Assembly (NCBI GenBank): GCA_017444895.1
Contig: JAFSVR010000005.1
Location: 1,546-65,545 of the forward strand
Direction of reading: 5' to 3'
Length of the DNA: 64,000 bases
DNA from: Clostridia bacterium
GTDB taxonomy: Bacteria; Bacillota; Clostridia; Christensenellales; UBA1242
Below the pieces are notes generated by a model, which was not told the DNA's origin, did not search any database, and saw only the letters and a list, made by a program, of their open reading frames with translations. Below, piece by piece: positions 1-7,242 of this stretch. The position numbers were made by a program, and so were the translations under genes. The stretch's first letter is position 1. Every line of letters begins with the position of its first letter.

Positions 1-1817
1 ACTATGTTCCTTTTATGGCGGTTGCAATAAAATCAATCACGGAAAATTATAACAAAGATTATAGATACAAAATTCATGTGCTCAACACGGGGATATCAAA
101 AGACAACAGAAAAAAACTGCTTGATCTTGAAACTGAAGACATGCGCATTGAATTTAATGATGTTTCTGAAAGAATAAACGCAATTAAGCAGTTGCTTGAT
201 GATAATTTGCGCGACTATTATAGCGATGCAATATATTATAGGCTTTTCATCCCAACAATGTTCGCTGAATACAAAAAAGCAATCTATATTGATTGTGATG
301 TTGTTTTGGTTGACGACATTTCGAAGATGTTTAATATTGATTTGAAAGACAATCTTTTAGGTTCTGTGCTTGACGAAGTTGCGCCAGCATTCCCAGAATT
401 TATTGATTATGTTGAAAATGCGGTTGGTGTTCCATTAAACCAGTATTTTTGCAGTGGGGTATTGTTAATGAACCTTGCTGGCTTGCGCGAGTTTAAGATT
501 GAAGAAAAATTTATTGGATTGCTTTCAAAATATAACTTTGGAACAATTGCGCCAGACCAAGACTACCTTAACGTTATGTGCAAAAACAAGGTTTTATATT
601 TGCATCCGGGTTGGGATAAGCAGTCTAATGATGTGCCATATGATGATGACTTATATTTGATACACTACAATATGTTCAGAAAGCCTTGGCGATTTAAGAA
701 TGTTCCTTATGAAGAATATTTCTGGAAATATGCCGAAATGACAACAGATTTTTATGATGACGTTTTGGAAATACAATCTGAATATACAGATGAAAAGAGA
801 GAGGCGGATATTGCTGGTGCTGGGCGAATGATTGAGATGGTTAAAAACATTATGAATAGCCCAGTAACATTTAAGTCTGTTCTTGGACATAAGAGCATTG
901 ATGCTGCGCTTAAAGAAACGAAGGCAAGTAAAAAAGAAAAGAGGCGCGCTGAAAAAAGAGCATCAAAAGAACAACAAAGGCAAGAGAGAATTAAGGCAAG
1001 GCAAGACGTTCTTGCAAAGATTGCTCTCTATGAGAAGGCAGGGAAGTTTAATGAAGATGTTGAAAACGACCCACCAGCAAAAGAACTATTGCCTGAAAAT
1101 GTTGACTATTTGCATAAAAAACTTTCAAGCAAGATTAAAGAAAAAATTGCTTTCAGTTTGGCACATAAGGTGGTGCGTAAACTTGAAAAAATGAATATGT
1201 TTGTTATTAAAGACTATGTTGGTCTTGAGAATTTGGCAAAATTAAAAACTGGCGCTGTTTTAACATGTAATCATTTCAACCCTTTTGATAGTTTTGCTAT
1301 TCAGCTCACATATGAAAAAACAAAAACAAAACGCAAATTATATAGGGTAATAAAAGAAGGCAACTATACAAGTGTTGATGGCTTCTATGGGCTTTTAATG
1401 CGCAACTGTAATACTTTGCCACTGAGCTCTAACAGAAAAACAATGAAAGAGTTTTTGAGCGCAGTTAGAATTATTCTGGCTCGTGGAGATTTGGTTTTGG
1501 TTTATCCAGAACAGAGCATGTGGTATAATTACCGTAAGCCTCGCCCTAGGAAAGAGGGGGCGTTCAATCTTGCAGTAAAGAACAATGTTCCAATTCTTCC
1601 AATGTTTATCACAATGGAAGACACTGATCAGCTTGATGATGAGAATTTGCCAGTTCAGGCATACACAATCCATATTGGCCAACCTATTTATTCAGACAAT
1701 GATCTTTCAAGCAAAGAGAATATTGAAATGATGAGGAAAAAAGAATATGCGTTTTGTGTTCAAACATATGAGCAGGCTTATGGTAAAAAACTTGTTTATG
1801 ACACTGAGGAGAAATAG
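1..1817 (+). CDS. Glycosyltransferase family 8 domain fused to a C-terminal PlsC-type (lysophospholipid) acyltransferase domain. The 5' end is cut by the window edge.
   Basis: The frame stays open to nt 3 (YVPF precedes the first Met at 15). The N-terminal half has GT8-like AVAIKSI, DCDVVLVDD (DxD) and LIHYNMFRKPW motifs. A K/E/R-rich linker follows (KKEKRRAEKRASKEQQRQERIKARQ). The C-terminal half has NHFNPFD (HX4D) and VYPEQS acyltransferase blocks. Confidence 0.75.
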   Translation, partial: YVPFMAVAIKSITENYNKDYRYKIHVLNTGISKDNRKKLLDLETEDMRIEFNDVSERINAIKQLLDDNLRDYYSDAIYYRLFIPTMFAEYKKAIYIDCDVVLVDDISKMFNIDLKDNLLGSVLDEVAPAFPEFIDYVENAVGVPLNQYFCSGVLLMNLAGLREFKIEEKFIGLLSKYNFGTIAPDQDYLNVMCKNKVLYLHPGWDKQSNDVPYDDDLYLIHYNMFRKPWRFKNVPYEEYFWKYAEMTTDFYDDVLEIQSEYTDEKREADIAGAGRMIEMVKNIMNSPVTFKSVLGHKSIDAALKETKASKKEKRRAEKRASKEQQRQERIKARQDVLAKIALYEKAGKFNEDVENDPPAKELLPENVDYLHKKLSSKIKEKIAFSLAHKVVRKLEKMNMFVIKDYVGLENLAKLKTGAVLTCNHFNPFDSFAIQLTYEKTKTKRKLYRVIKEGNYTSVDGFYGLLMRNCNTLPLSSNRKTMKEFLSAVRIILARGDLVLVYPEQSMWYNYRKPRPRKEGAFNLAVKNNVPILPMFITMEDTDQLDDENLPVQAYTIHIGQPIYSDNDLSSKENIEMMRKKEYAFCVQTYEQAYGKKLVYDTEEK

Positions 1818-1819
1818 CC

Positions 1820-2410
1820 GTGGTTCTTTATCTATCTATCATATTTATTGGAATGGTTATTGTTTCGTTGCTTAATATTTTTCTTGCACTAGACTATCTC
1901 CAAACAAACGCCGGAATTGTTGTTTTGGTTGTTTTGGCAGGTGTTGCATTCGTTTTCTTGATTGATGGGCTTTGTGCAATTGTTGTGCATAATTTGCCAG
2001 ACAAGTGGTTTGGGAAAGACAGAAAAATTTCTTACGTTAGTGGCCTAGAAAAGAGAATGCATAGATTTTTTCAAGTTAAAAAATGGAAAGACTATGTTTG
2101 GGAAATAGGTGCACTTGGCGGGTTTAGCAAAAAATCGCTAGAAAACCCAAAAGACAAGGAATATGTTGAAAGATTCATTATTGAAAACAACAAGGGAGTT
2201 ATTGTTCACGATTGTGGAATGATTTTTGGTTTTCTTGTTATGATCATCTTGCCTCTTAAATTTGCTTTAACAATTTCGCTTCCAATTGCGCTTGTTAACG
2301 TTCTTCTTAACACGATGAGCAATATGGTGCTTAGATATAACACACCTAAACTTATGACGTTATATAAATCGCTTGCGAGAAAAGAAAGCAGGCAGAATCA
2401 AGATGCATAA
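1820..2410 (+). CDS. Small polytopic membrane protein; CrtO-like (glycosyl-4,4'-diaponeurosporenoate acyltransferase family) candidate
   Basis: GTG start lies 3 nt after the upstream TAG, with GAGGAG 8 nt upstream (translational coupling). TM helices sit at both ends. The pattern LPDKWF..VKKWKD..ENNKGVIVHD..VLRYNTPKL parallels S. aureus CrtO (IPDKYF..VRKWKHK..RAELIHW..VQRYNRPRL) as I recall it. Confidence 0.55.
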   Translation: MVLYLSIIFIGMVIVSLLNIFLALDYLQTNAGIVVLVVLAGVAFVFLIDGLCAIVVHNLPDKWFGKDRKISYVSGLEKRMHRFFQVKKWKDYVWEIGALGGFSKKSLENPKDKEYVERFIIENNKGVIVHDCGMIFGFLVMIILPLKFALTISLPIALVNVLLNTMSNMVLRYNTPKLMTLYKSLARKESRQNQDA

Positions 2411-2415
2411 TGAAC

Positions 2416-2450
2416 AAGTCTTGCGTGAAAACCACACAAGACTTTTTTAT
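2416..2450 (+). terminator. Rho-independent terminator after the CrtO-like gene
   Basis: Stem AAGTCTTG (2416-2423) pairs with CAAGACTT (2437-2444) and is followed by T6. Confidence 0.7.
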
Positions 2451-2617
2451 TTTTCAAAAAATGCTTTGGTTTTGTTTTGGAAAAGTGGCCAGATGTAGTA
2501 ATATAAATAGCGTAATGCTTCAGTTCAAGTTGTTTAGTAGTTAACATAAAATTTGTTAATTTGTTAAAAATTACTAATATTTTATTACATCAAATATTAT
2601 AATGCTAGAGGAAAGAA

Positions 2618-4363
2618 ATGCTTTTTAAGTCGTTTTCAAAAAGAGATTATTGTTTTTTATTTATTGCTCTTGTTTTGATTGTTGGGCAGGTTTGGCTAGA
2701 TTTAACAATGCCAGATTACACGGCGAATTTAACTCGCTCGGTTTCAAGTGGCAATCTTCAAATGAGCGATATTTGGTATAATGGGCTGATGATGCTTTTA
2801 TGCGCACTTGGAAGCCTTGCTTGTTCACTATGTTGTGGGTTTTTGGTTGCGCAAATTGCAAGTTCATTTTCAAAAGTTACTCGCAAAAGGTTGTTCGGGA
2901 AGATAACAACTTTTTCTTCAACCGAGATTAACAGGTTTGGTGCGCCAAGCCTTATTACAAGAACAACAAATGATGTTGATCATCTGCATCGTTTTATTGC
3001 AATGGGCCTTCAAATGATAATCAAGGCCCCAATTCTTGCTGTTTGGGCAATTTGCAAGATTTCTGTTTCTTCGTTTGAGTGGACACTTGCAACTGGTATA
3101 TGTGTTGCGGTTATTGTTGTTTTTGTTAGCATAATTGTTTTGCTATGTATTCCAAAATTCAAAAAAGTTCAAAAACTCACGGATAATTTGAACAATGCAA
3201 CCAGAGAGAATCTTTCAGGCGTGCGAGTTGTGCGTGCGTTTAATGCGGAAGAATACCAAGAAAAAAAGTTTGATGAAGCAAATGTTAATCTTATGAAAAA
3301 CCAGCTGTTTACGGCCAAAGCAACGGGCTTGATTTCACCTGTGCTGACTATTTGTTTGAACGGGCTGACTCTTGCAATCTATTGGATTGGAGCGGTTTTA
3401 ATCAATAATGCTCAAATTATTGAAAGGGCAACAATTATTGGGAATATGACCGCATTTACGCAATATGCCTTGCAGGTTGTTTTTGCATTTATGATGCTCA
3501 TCTTTATGTTTATTATCCTGCCAAGGGTGATTGTTTCAGCAAAAAGAATAAATGAAGTTTTGCGAGCAGAGCCAGTTATTAATGAAAGCAAATCAAACGA
3601 TAAGCCAGCAGAGAAAGAAGGCGAAGTTGAGTTCAAAAATGTTAGCTTTTGTTTCCCAGATGGAGCGAGCAATGCCCTTGAAGACATTAGCTTTAAGATT
3701 GAAAAGGGAGAAACTGTTGCAATTATTGGAGCAACCGGAAGCGGGAAAACAACAATTTTGGATTTGTTAGAAAGAGTGTATGATGTGTCTTCTGGTGAAG
3801 TTCTGGTTGATGGCAAAAATGTTAAAGAGTTTTCCTTTAAGCAGTTGCAAAGCAAAATCTCAATGGTCAGCCAAAAAGCTGTTTTGTTCAAAGGAACAAT
3901 CAAATCCAACATAACATATGGGGCAGATGAAGAAGTTGCAGATGATGATGAAAGGCTTAAAGCGGCAATAGAAATTTCTGAAGCGGGTTTTGTTTATGAT
4001 TTAGATGGTGGTGTTAATGCTCATGTTGCGCAGGGTGGAACAAATTTTTCTGGCGGACAGAAACAACGCCTTTCAATTGCAAGGGCAATTTTTAAGGGTT
4101 CGGAGATAATTGTTTTTGATGATAGTTTTTCAGCGCTAGACTATAAAACCGATGCAACTATCAGGGGAAAAATAAGGCAACAATTAAAAGATAAAACTAT
4201 TATCATTGTTGCGCAGCGAATTGGAACTATTATCAATGCCGATAAGATTATTGTTATTGATGATGGCAAGATTGTTGGCATTGGCAAGCATAAAGAATTG
4301 CTTGAAACCTGTTCTTTATATAATGAGATTGCACTTTCACAGCTTTCAAAGGAGGAACTATAA
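2618..4363 (+). CDS. ABC exporter half-transporter (TMD-NBD); subunit contributing the degenerate ATP site
   Basis: N-terminal multi-TM domain. Walker A GATGSGKTT and signature FSGGQ are present. Walker B is IIVFDD, with Asp where the catalytic Glu is expected. The H-loop position is Gln (IVAQR). Confidence 0.9.
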   Translation: MLFKSFSKRDYCFLFIALVLIVGQVWLDLTMPDYTANLTRSVSSGNLQMSDIWYNGLMMLLCALGSLACSLCCGFLVAQIASSFSKVTRKRLFGKITTFSSTEINRFGAPSLITRTTNDVDHLHRFIAMGLQMIIKAPILAVWAICKISVSSFEWTLATGICVAVIVVFVSIIVLLCIPKFKKVQKLTDNLNNATRENLSGVRVVRAFNAEEYQEKKFDEANVNLMKNQLFTAKATGLISPVLTICLNGLTLAIYWIGAVLINNAQIIERATIIGNMTAFTQYALQVVFAFMMLIFMFIILPRVIVSAKRINEVLRAEPVINESKSNDKPAEKEGEVEFKNVSFCFPDGASNALEDISFKIEKGETVAIIGATGSGKTTILDLLERVYDVSSGEVLVDGKNVKEFSFKQLQSKISMVSQKAVLFKGTIKSNITYGADEEVADDDERLKAAIEISEAGFVYDLDGGVNAHVAQGGTNFSGGQKQRLSIARAIFKGSEIIVFDDSFSALDYKTDATIRGKIRQQLKDKTIIIVAQRIGTIINADKIIVIDDGKIVGIGKHKELLETCSLYNEIALSQLSKEEL

Positions 4364-4364
4364 T

Positions 4365-6167
4365 ATGCCAGGGCCAATGAAAGGTGGGCCTATGGGCAAT
4401 AGGCTTGGAAAGAAAGAGAAACTGGATTTTAAGGCACTTATGAAAGTGTATGCTTTTTGCAAGCCATATTCTTTTGGGATTGTGGTTAGCATTTTATGTG
4501 CTATTGTTGGGGCAATAACAACAATAATAGGGCCAGATAAGATTGCACATTTGATGGATATAATAACTGGCGGAATTTTCACCGGCATTGATATGGGTGC
4601 GTTTGTTGAGACGGGAATGTTTCTTATTTGCCTTTATGTTGTTGGAAGTGTTTTTGCTTATGCGCAACAATATATAATGGCAATTATAACGCAAAAGGCT
4701 TCAAAACGCTTGCGCACAGAAATTGACAAGAAGATCAACCGTCTTCCGCTTTCCTTTTTTGATAGCACAACGCGAGGGGATGTTCTTTCAAGGGTTACCA
4801 ATGATGTTGATGTTATTTCTCAAACGCTTGGATCTGCACTTGCAAACCTAATAAGTTCAGTTGTTTTGTTCTTTGGATTAATAATCAAGATGTTTCTTTC
4901 AAATTGGCTTCTCGCAATTGTAACAATCGTTTCTTCATTTTTGGGATTTGGTTTTATGGCGCTTATTTTATCAAAGTCACAAAAATACTTTAACAAAAAA
5001 CAGGAGTATGTTGGCGAGATTAATGGGCAGGTCGAAGAAGTGTACACAAACTATAAGGTTGTAAAATCTTATGGCGCTGTTCAAAAGGAAAAGAACTCAT
5101 TTGACCAAAAAAATGACCGCATTTGCACGGTTGATTGGAAATCTCAGTTTTTGTCTGGAATGATGATGCCAATTATGGTTTTTGTTGGAAATCTTAGTTA
5201 TGTTCTCATTTTTGTTGTTGGAGTTTCCATAATTTTGGGTGGCGGTTCAGCCGTAACAATTGGAACGCTTATTTCGTTTGTTATCTATGCAAAACTATTC
5301 TCACAGCCACTTTCAACTTTTGCTCAAAGCATGACGTCTTTCCAACAATCCTCTGCGGTCTCAAAACGTGTTTTTGAAATTTTGGAAGCAAAAGAGATGG
5401 AAGATGAAACAAACAAAAACATTAAGCTGGAAAATGTTAAAGGTCATGTTGAATTCAAAAACATTGTGTTTGGATATGACGAAAACAAAACAATCATCAA
5501 AGATTTTTCTGCCGATTTGAAGCCTGGGCAAAAGGTTGCAATTGTTGGACCAACCGGAGCGGGGAAAACCACAATTGTTAATTTGCTTATGCGCTTCTAC
5601 GATGTTGATAGTGGGGATATTCTCATTGATGGTGTTTCAACAAAAGATATGAAAAGGGAAGATGTTCGCTCATTATTTGATATGATTTTGCAAGACACCT
5701 GGCTGTTTGGCGGAACGCTTAGAGAGAACCTGGTATATAACAAACAAAATGTTTCAAACGAGGAGCTTGATGCGGTTTGCGAGGCCGTTGGGCTAGGGCA
5801 TTTTGTTAAGACATTGCCAAACGGCTATGACACGGTTTTAGAGGAAAATTCAGCACTTTCAGAAGGGCAAAAACAGCAACTTACTATTGCGCGTGCAATG
5901 ATAAAAAACAGCCCGCTTTTGATCTTAGACGAGGCAACCAGCAATGTTGACACGCGCACCGAACTGATTATACAAAATGCAATGGATGAACTAACAAAAG
6001 GGCGAACAAGTTTTGTTATTGCACACCGTCTTTCAACAATTAAGAATGCTGATTTGATTTTGGTTATGCGGGATGGTGAAATTGTTGAAAGTGGAACGCA
6101 TAGCGCACTGCTTGCTAAAAATGGTTTTTATGCTGAGTTATATAACAGTCAGTTCAATTTAGTGTAA
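4365..6167 (+). CDS. ABC exporter half-transporter (TMD-NBD); consensus-site subunit
   Basis: ATG 4365 lies one nt after the upstream TAA, with GGAGGA at 4351-4356. The ORF-track extension 4206-4364 overlaps the upstream gene. Walker A GPTGAGKTT, Walker B LLILDEAT and H-loop IAHR are canonical. The signature deviates (LSEGQ). Confidence 0.9.
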   Translation: MPGPMKGGPMGNRLGKKEKLDFKALMKVYAFCKPYSFGIVVSILCAIVGAITTIIGPDKIAHLMDIITGGIFTGIDMGAFVETGMFLICLYVVGSVFAYAQQYIMAIITQKASKRLRTEIDKKINRLPLSFFDSTTRGDVLSRVTNDVDVISQTLGSALANLISSVVLFFGLIIKMFLSNWLLAIVTIVSSFLGFGFMALILSKSQKYFNKKQEYVGEINGQVEEVYTNYKVVKSYGAVQKEKNSFDQKNDRICTVDWKSQFLSGMMMPIMVFVGNLSYVLIFVVGVSIILGGGSAVTIGTLISFVIYAKLFSQPLSTFAQSMTSFQQSSAVSKRVFEILEAKEMEDETNKNIKLENVKGHVEFKNIVFGYDENKTIIKDFSADLKPGQKVAIVGPTGAGKTTIVNLLMRFYDVDSGDILIDGVSTKDMKREDVRSLFDMILQDTWLFGGTLRENLVYNKQNVSNEELDAVCEAVGLGHFVKTLPNGYDTVLEENSALSEGQKQQLTIARAMIKNSPLLILDEATSNVDTRTELIIQNAMDELTKGRTSFVIAHRLSTIKNADLILVMRDGEIVESGTHSALLAKNGFYAELYNSQFNLV

Positions 6168-6169
6168 TA

Positions 6170-6205
6170 AAAAAGATAAGCGATGGATGCTTATCTTTCT
6201 TTTTC
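6170..6205. terminator. Bidirectional terminator between convergent genes
   Basis: AGATAAGC (6174-6181) pairs with GCTTATCT (6189-6196). An A-run lies on the left and a T-rich run on the right. It overlaps the stop of the minus-strand ORF. Confidence 0.65.
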
Positions 6206-6613
6206 TTCTTCACTGCAATTTGTAAGCGGTTCATATTTTATTAGCCATTCAGGCTTAAATTTGTTTGCGTCAATGGCAAATTCAATACGCGTTTCCATTT
6301 GGAAATCATAACCGCGATTTTTTAATGCGTCATTTGAATAATAGTATCCTTTTCCAACGCTGGAAATAAGGTCTATTATGGGGACTGAAAAGGTGCAAAC
6401 ATAATAGTCGTCAAGGTTTCGTTGGTTGCATTTGAGAATATATTTTATATTTTCGGAAGCCTTTTTATTGAGGAAAAAATGTATGTATTTTGTTTCCCGT
6501 TTGTATTTATGTGTGTTTGACCTTGTTTCTAAGAAAAAGTTGCCAAGCGTGTTGGTTTTTTTGCCTAAAATATCGTCCAATTCCTTGTAATAAACAACCC
6601 TATAAATTTTCAT
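6191..6613 (-). CDS. Hypothetical protein (140 aa from ATG 6613); no motif recognised
   Basis: Intact ORF. ATG 6613 sits 6 nt downstream of a TATAAT box, and the track's start at 6619 is a TTG. There is no SD, signal peptide or TM helix. Confidence 0.5.
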   Translation of the reverse strand: MKIYRVVYYKELDDILGKKTNTLGNFFLETRSNTHKYKRETKYIHFFLNKKASENIKYILKCNQRNLDDYYVCTFSVPIIDLISSVGKGYYYSNDALKNRGYDFQMETRIEFAIDANKFKPEWLIKYEPLTNCSEEEKER

Positions 6614-6619
6614 ATACAA

Positions 6620-6648
6620 ATTATATCACTAGTTTTTTTCAATTTCAA
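6620..6648 (-). promoter_or_regulatory. Sigma-A-type promoter TTGAAA-17-TATAAT, 6 nt upstream of ATG 6613 (leaderless candidate)
   Basis: On the minus strand the -35 TTGAAA is at 6648-6643 and the -10 TATAAT at 6625-6620. TTGTAT and then the ATG follow. Confidence 0.55.
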
Positions 6649-6754
6649 TAGGCATTAAAAATTTATTGAAAAAAGTTCTTAAAAAGCATCTAAGTTAAGT
6701 ATGTTTATTAGTTCGGGTAAAATAAAAATGGCGTTCCCATCAGGGCGACTGCGT

Positions 6755-6782
6755 AAAAAAAACAACCTGAATGGTTGTTTTT
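6755..6782 (-). terminator. Terminator-like A/T-flanked hairpin inside repeat body 1
   Basis: A-run, CAACC (6763-6767), loop TGAAT, GGTTG (6773-6777), T-run. The structure is symmetric, so it could act on either strand. Confidence 0.45.
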
Positions 6783-6900
6783 AGCACAAAGCGGGGAGAA
6801 AACTTGCAAAAATTTTCGGTCTGACCGACAGGGCGAACCCGAGTCTGCTTACATTAGTTCGGGTAAAATAAAAATGGCGTTCCCATCAGGGCGACTGCGT

Positions 6901-6926
6901 AAAAAACAACCTGAATGGTTGTTTTT
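6901..6926 (-). terminator. Terminator-like hairpin inside repeat body 2; the first one encountered downstream of tRNA-Arg
   Basis: A6, CAACC (6907-6911), TGAAT, GGTTG (6917-6921), T5. Confidence 0.45.
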
Positions 6927-7018
6927 AGCACAAAGCGGGGAGAAAACTTGCAAAAGTTTTCGGTCTGACCGACAGGGCGAACCCGAGTCTGCTTACATTA
7001 GTTCGGGTAAAATAAAAA

Positions 7019-7093
7019 TGGCGTTCCCATCAGGATTCGAACCCGAACTAATGGTTCCGAAGACCATTGTGCTATCCATTACACCATGAGAAC
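7019..7093 (-). tRNA. tRNA-Arg (anticodon UCG), with CCA encoded
   Basis: A 75-nt cloverleaf folded by hand. Acceptor GTTCTCA/TGGGAAC, D-stem GTGT/GCAC, anticodon arm ATGGT-CTTCGGA-ACCAT, T-arm TCGGG-TTCGAAT-CCTGA, discriminator G, then CCA. Confidence 0.9.
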
Positions 7094-7127
7094 AATTATG
7101 TGAGAGGTATTATTCGCTTGCGAAAAC

Positions 7128-7156
7128 ATTATAACTTTTTATGAATCAAAAATCAA
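7128..7156 (-). promoter_or_regulatory. Promoter TTGATT-17-TATAAT for tRNA-Arg
   Basis: On the minus strand the -35 is at 7156-7151 and the -10 at 7133-7128, about 28 nt upstream of the mature 5' end. Confidence 0.55.
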
Positions 7157-7192
7157 TAATATTGATAAAGTTTTCTTTTAAGTGCCAAATCT

Positions 7193-7222
7193 TTGACAAT
7201 GATTATTGCCTAATGCTAGAAT
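7193..7222 (+). promoter_or_regulatory. Promoter TTGACA-18-TAGAAT (TGn-extended) for the YhhN-family gene
   Basis: TTGACA at 7193-7198 and TGCTAGAAT ending at 7222. GGGTGGAGGG (SD) precedes ATG 7243. Confidence 0.55.
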
Positions 7223-7242
7223 GAGGGTGGAGGGAATAGGTT

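Larger units (their letters stand above)
6707..7034. repeat. Tandem array: a 38-nt head (tRNA-Arg 3' terminal 16 nt plus 22-nt trailer) occurs three times, separated by two near-identical 108/106-nt bodies
   Basis: The head ATTAGTTCGGGTAAAATAAAAATGGCGTTCCCATCAGG is at 6707-6744, 6853-6890 and 6997-7034; the last copy is the real tRNA 3' end. The bodies at 6745-6852 and 6891-6996 differ only by an A8/A6 run and one A/G SNP (6812 vs 6956). Confidence 0.95.

Noticed and set aside
4206-4364. 5' extension of the second ABC gene given by the ORF track (653 aa).
   Set aside because: The extension lies entirely inside the 3' end of the first ABC gene in another frame. ATG 4365 has a GGAGGA SD and gives a normal N-terminus.
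6745-6996. Tried to fold each repeat unit as a complete tRNA-like cloverleaf ending in the duplicated ..TGGGAACGCCA.
   Set aside because: A 6-bp pseudo-acceptor (GTTTTC/GGGAAC with G.U pairs) and a 4/5-bp pseudo-T-stem can be drawn. There is no D-arm and no 7-nt anticodon loop with U33, and the T-loop sequence is wrong. The evidence is not convincing enough to call a tRNA-like gene.
6707-7034. Tested whether the tandem repeats could be a CRISPR array.
   Set aside because: Only three heads are present. The intervening sequences are identical to each other rather than unique spacers. The repeat is derived from a tRNA 3' end, and there is no leader or cas gene in the window.
6775-7089. 104-aa plus-strand ORF (MFLAQSGEKTCKNF...) with an internally repeated peptide.
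   Set aside because: It simply reads through the two tandem repeat bodies and into the antisense of tRNA-Arg. It has no SD, starts inside a terminator-like hairpin, and its 'internal repeat' is the DNA repeat itself. It is an artefact of the ORF caller.
6191-7242. Integrated mobile element or prophage at tRNA-Arg.
   Set aside because: Nothing within reach encodes an integrase, excisionase, transposase or phage gene. Only the short repeat scar and one orphan ORF are present, so no mobile_element feature is called.
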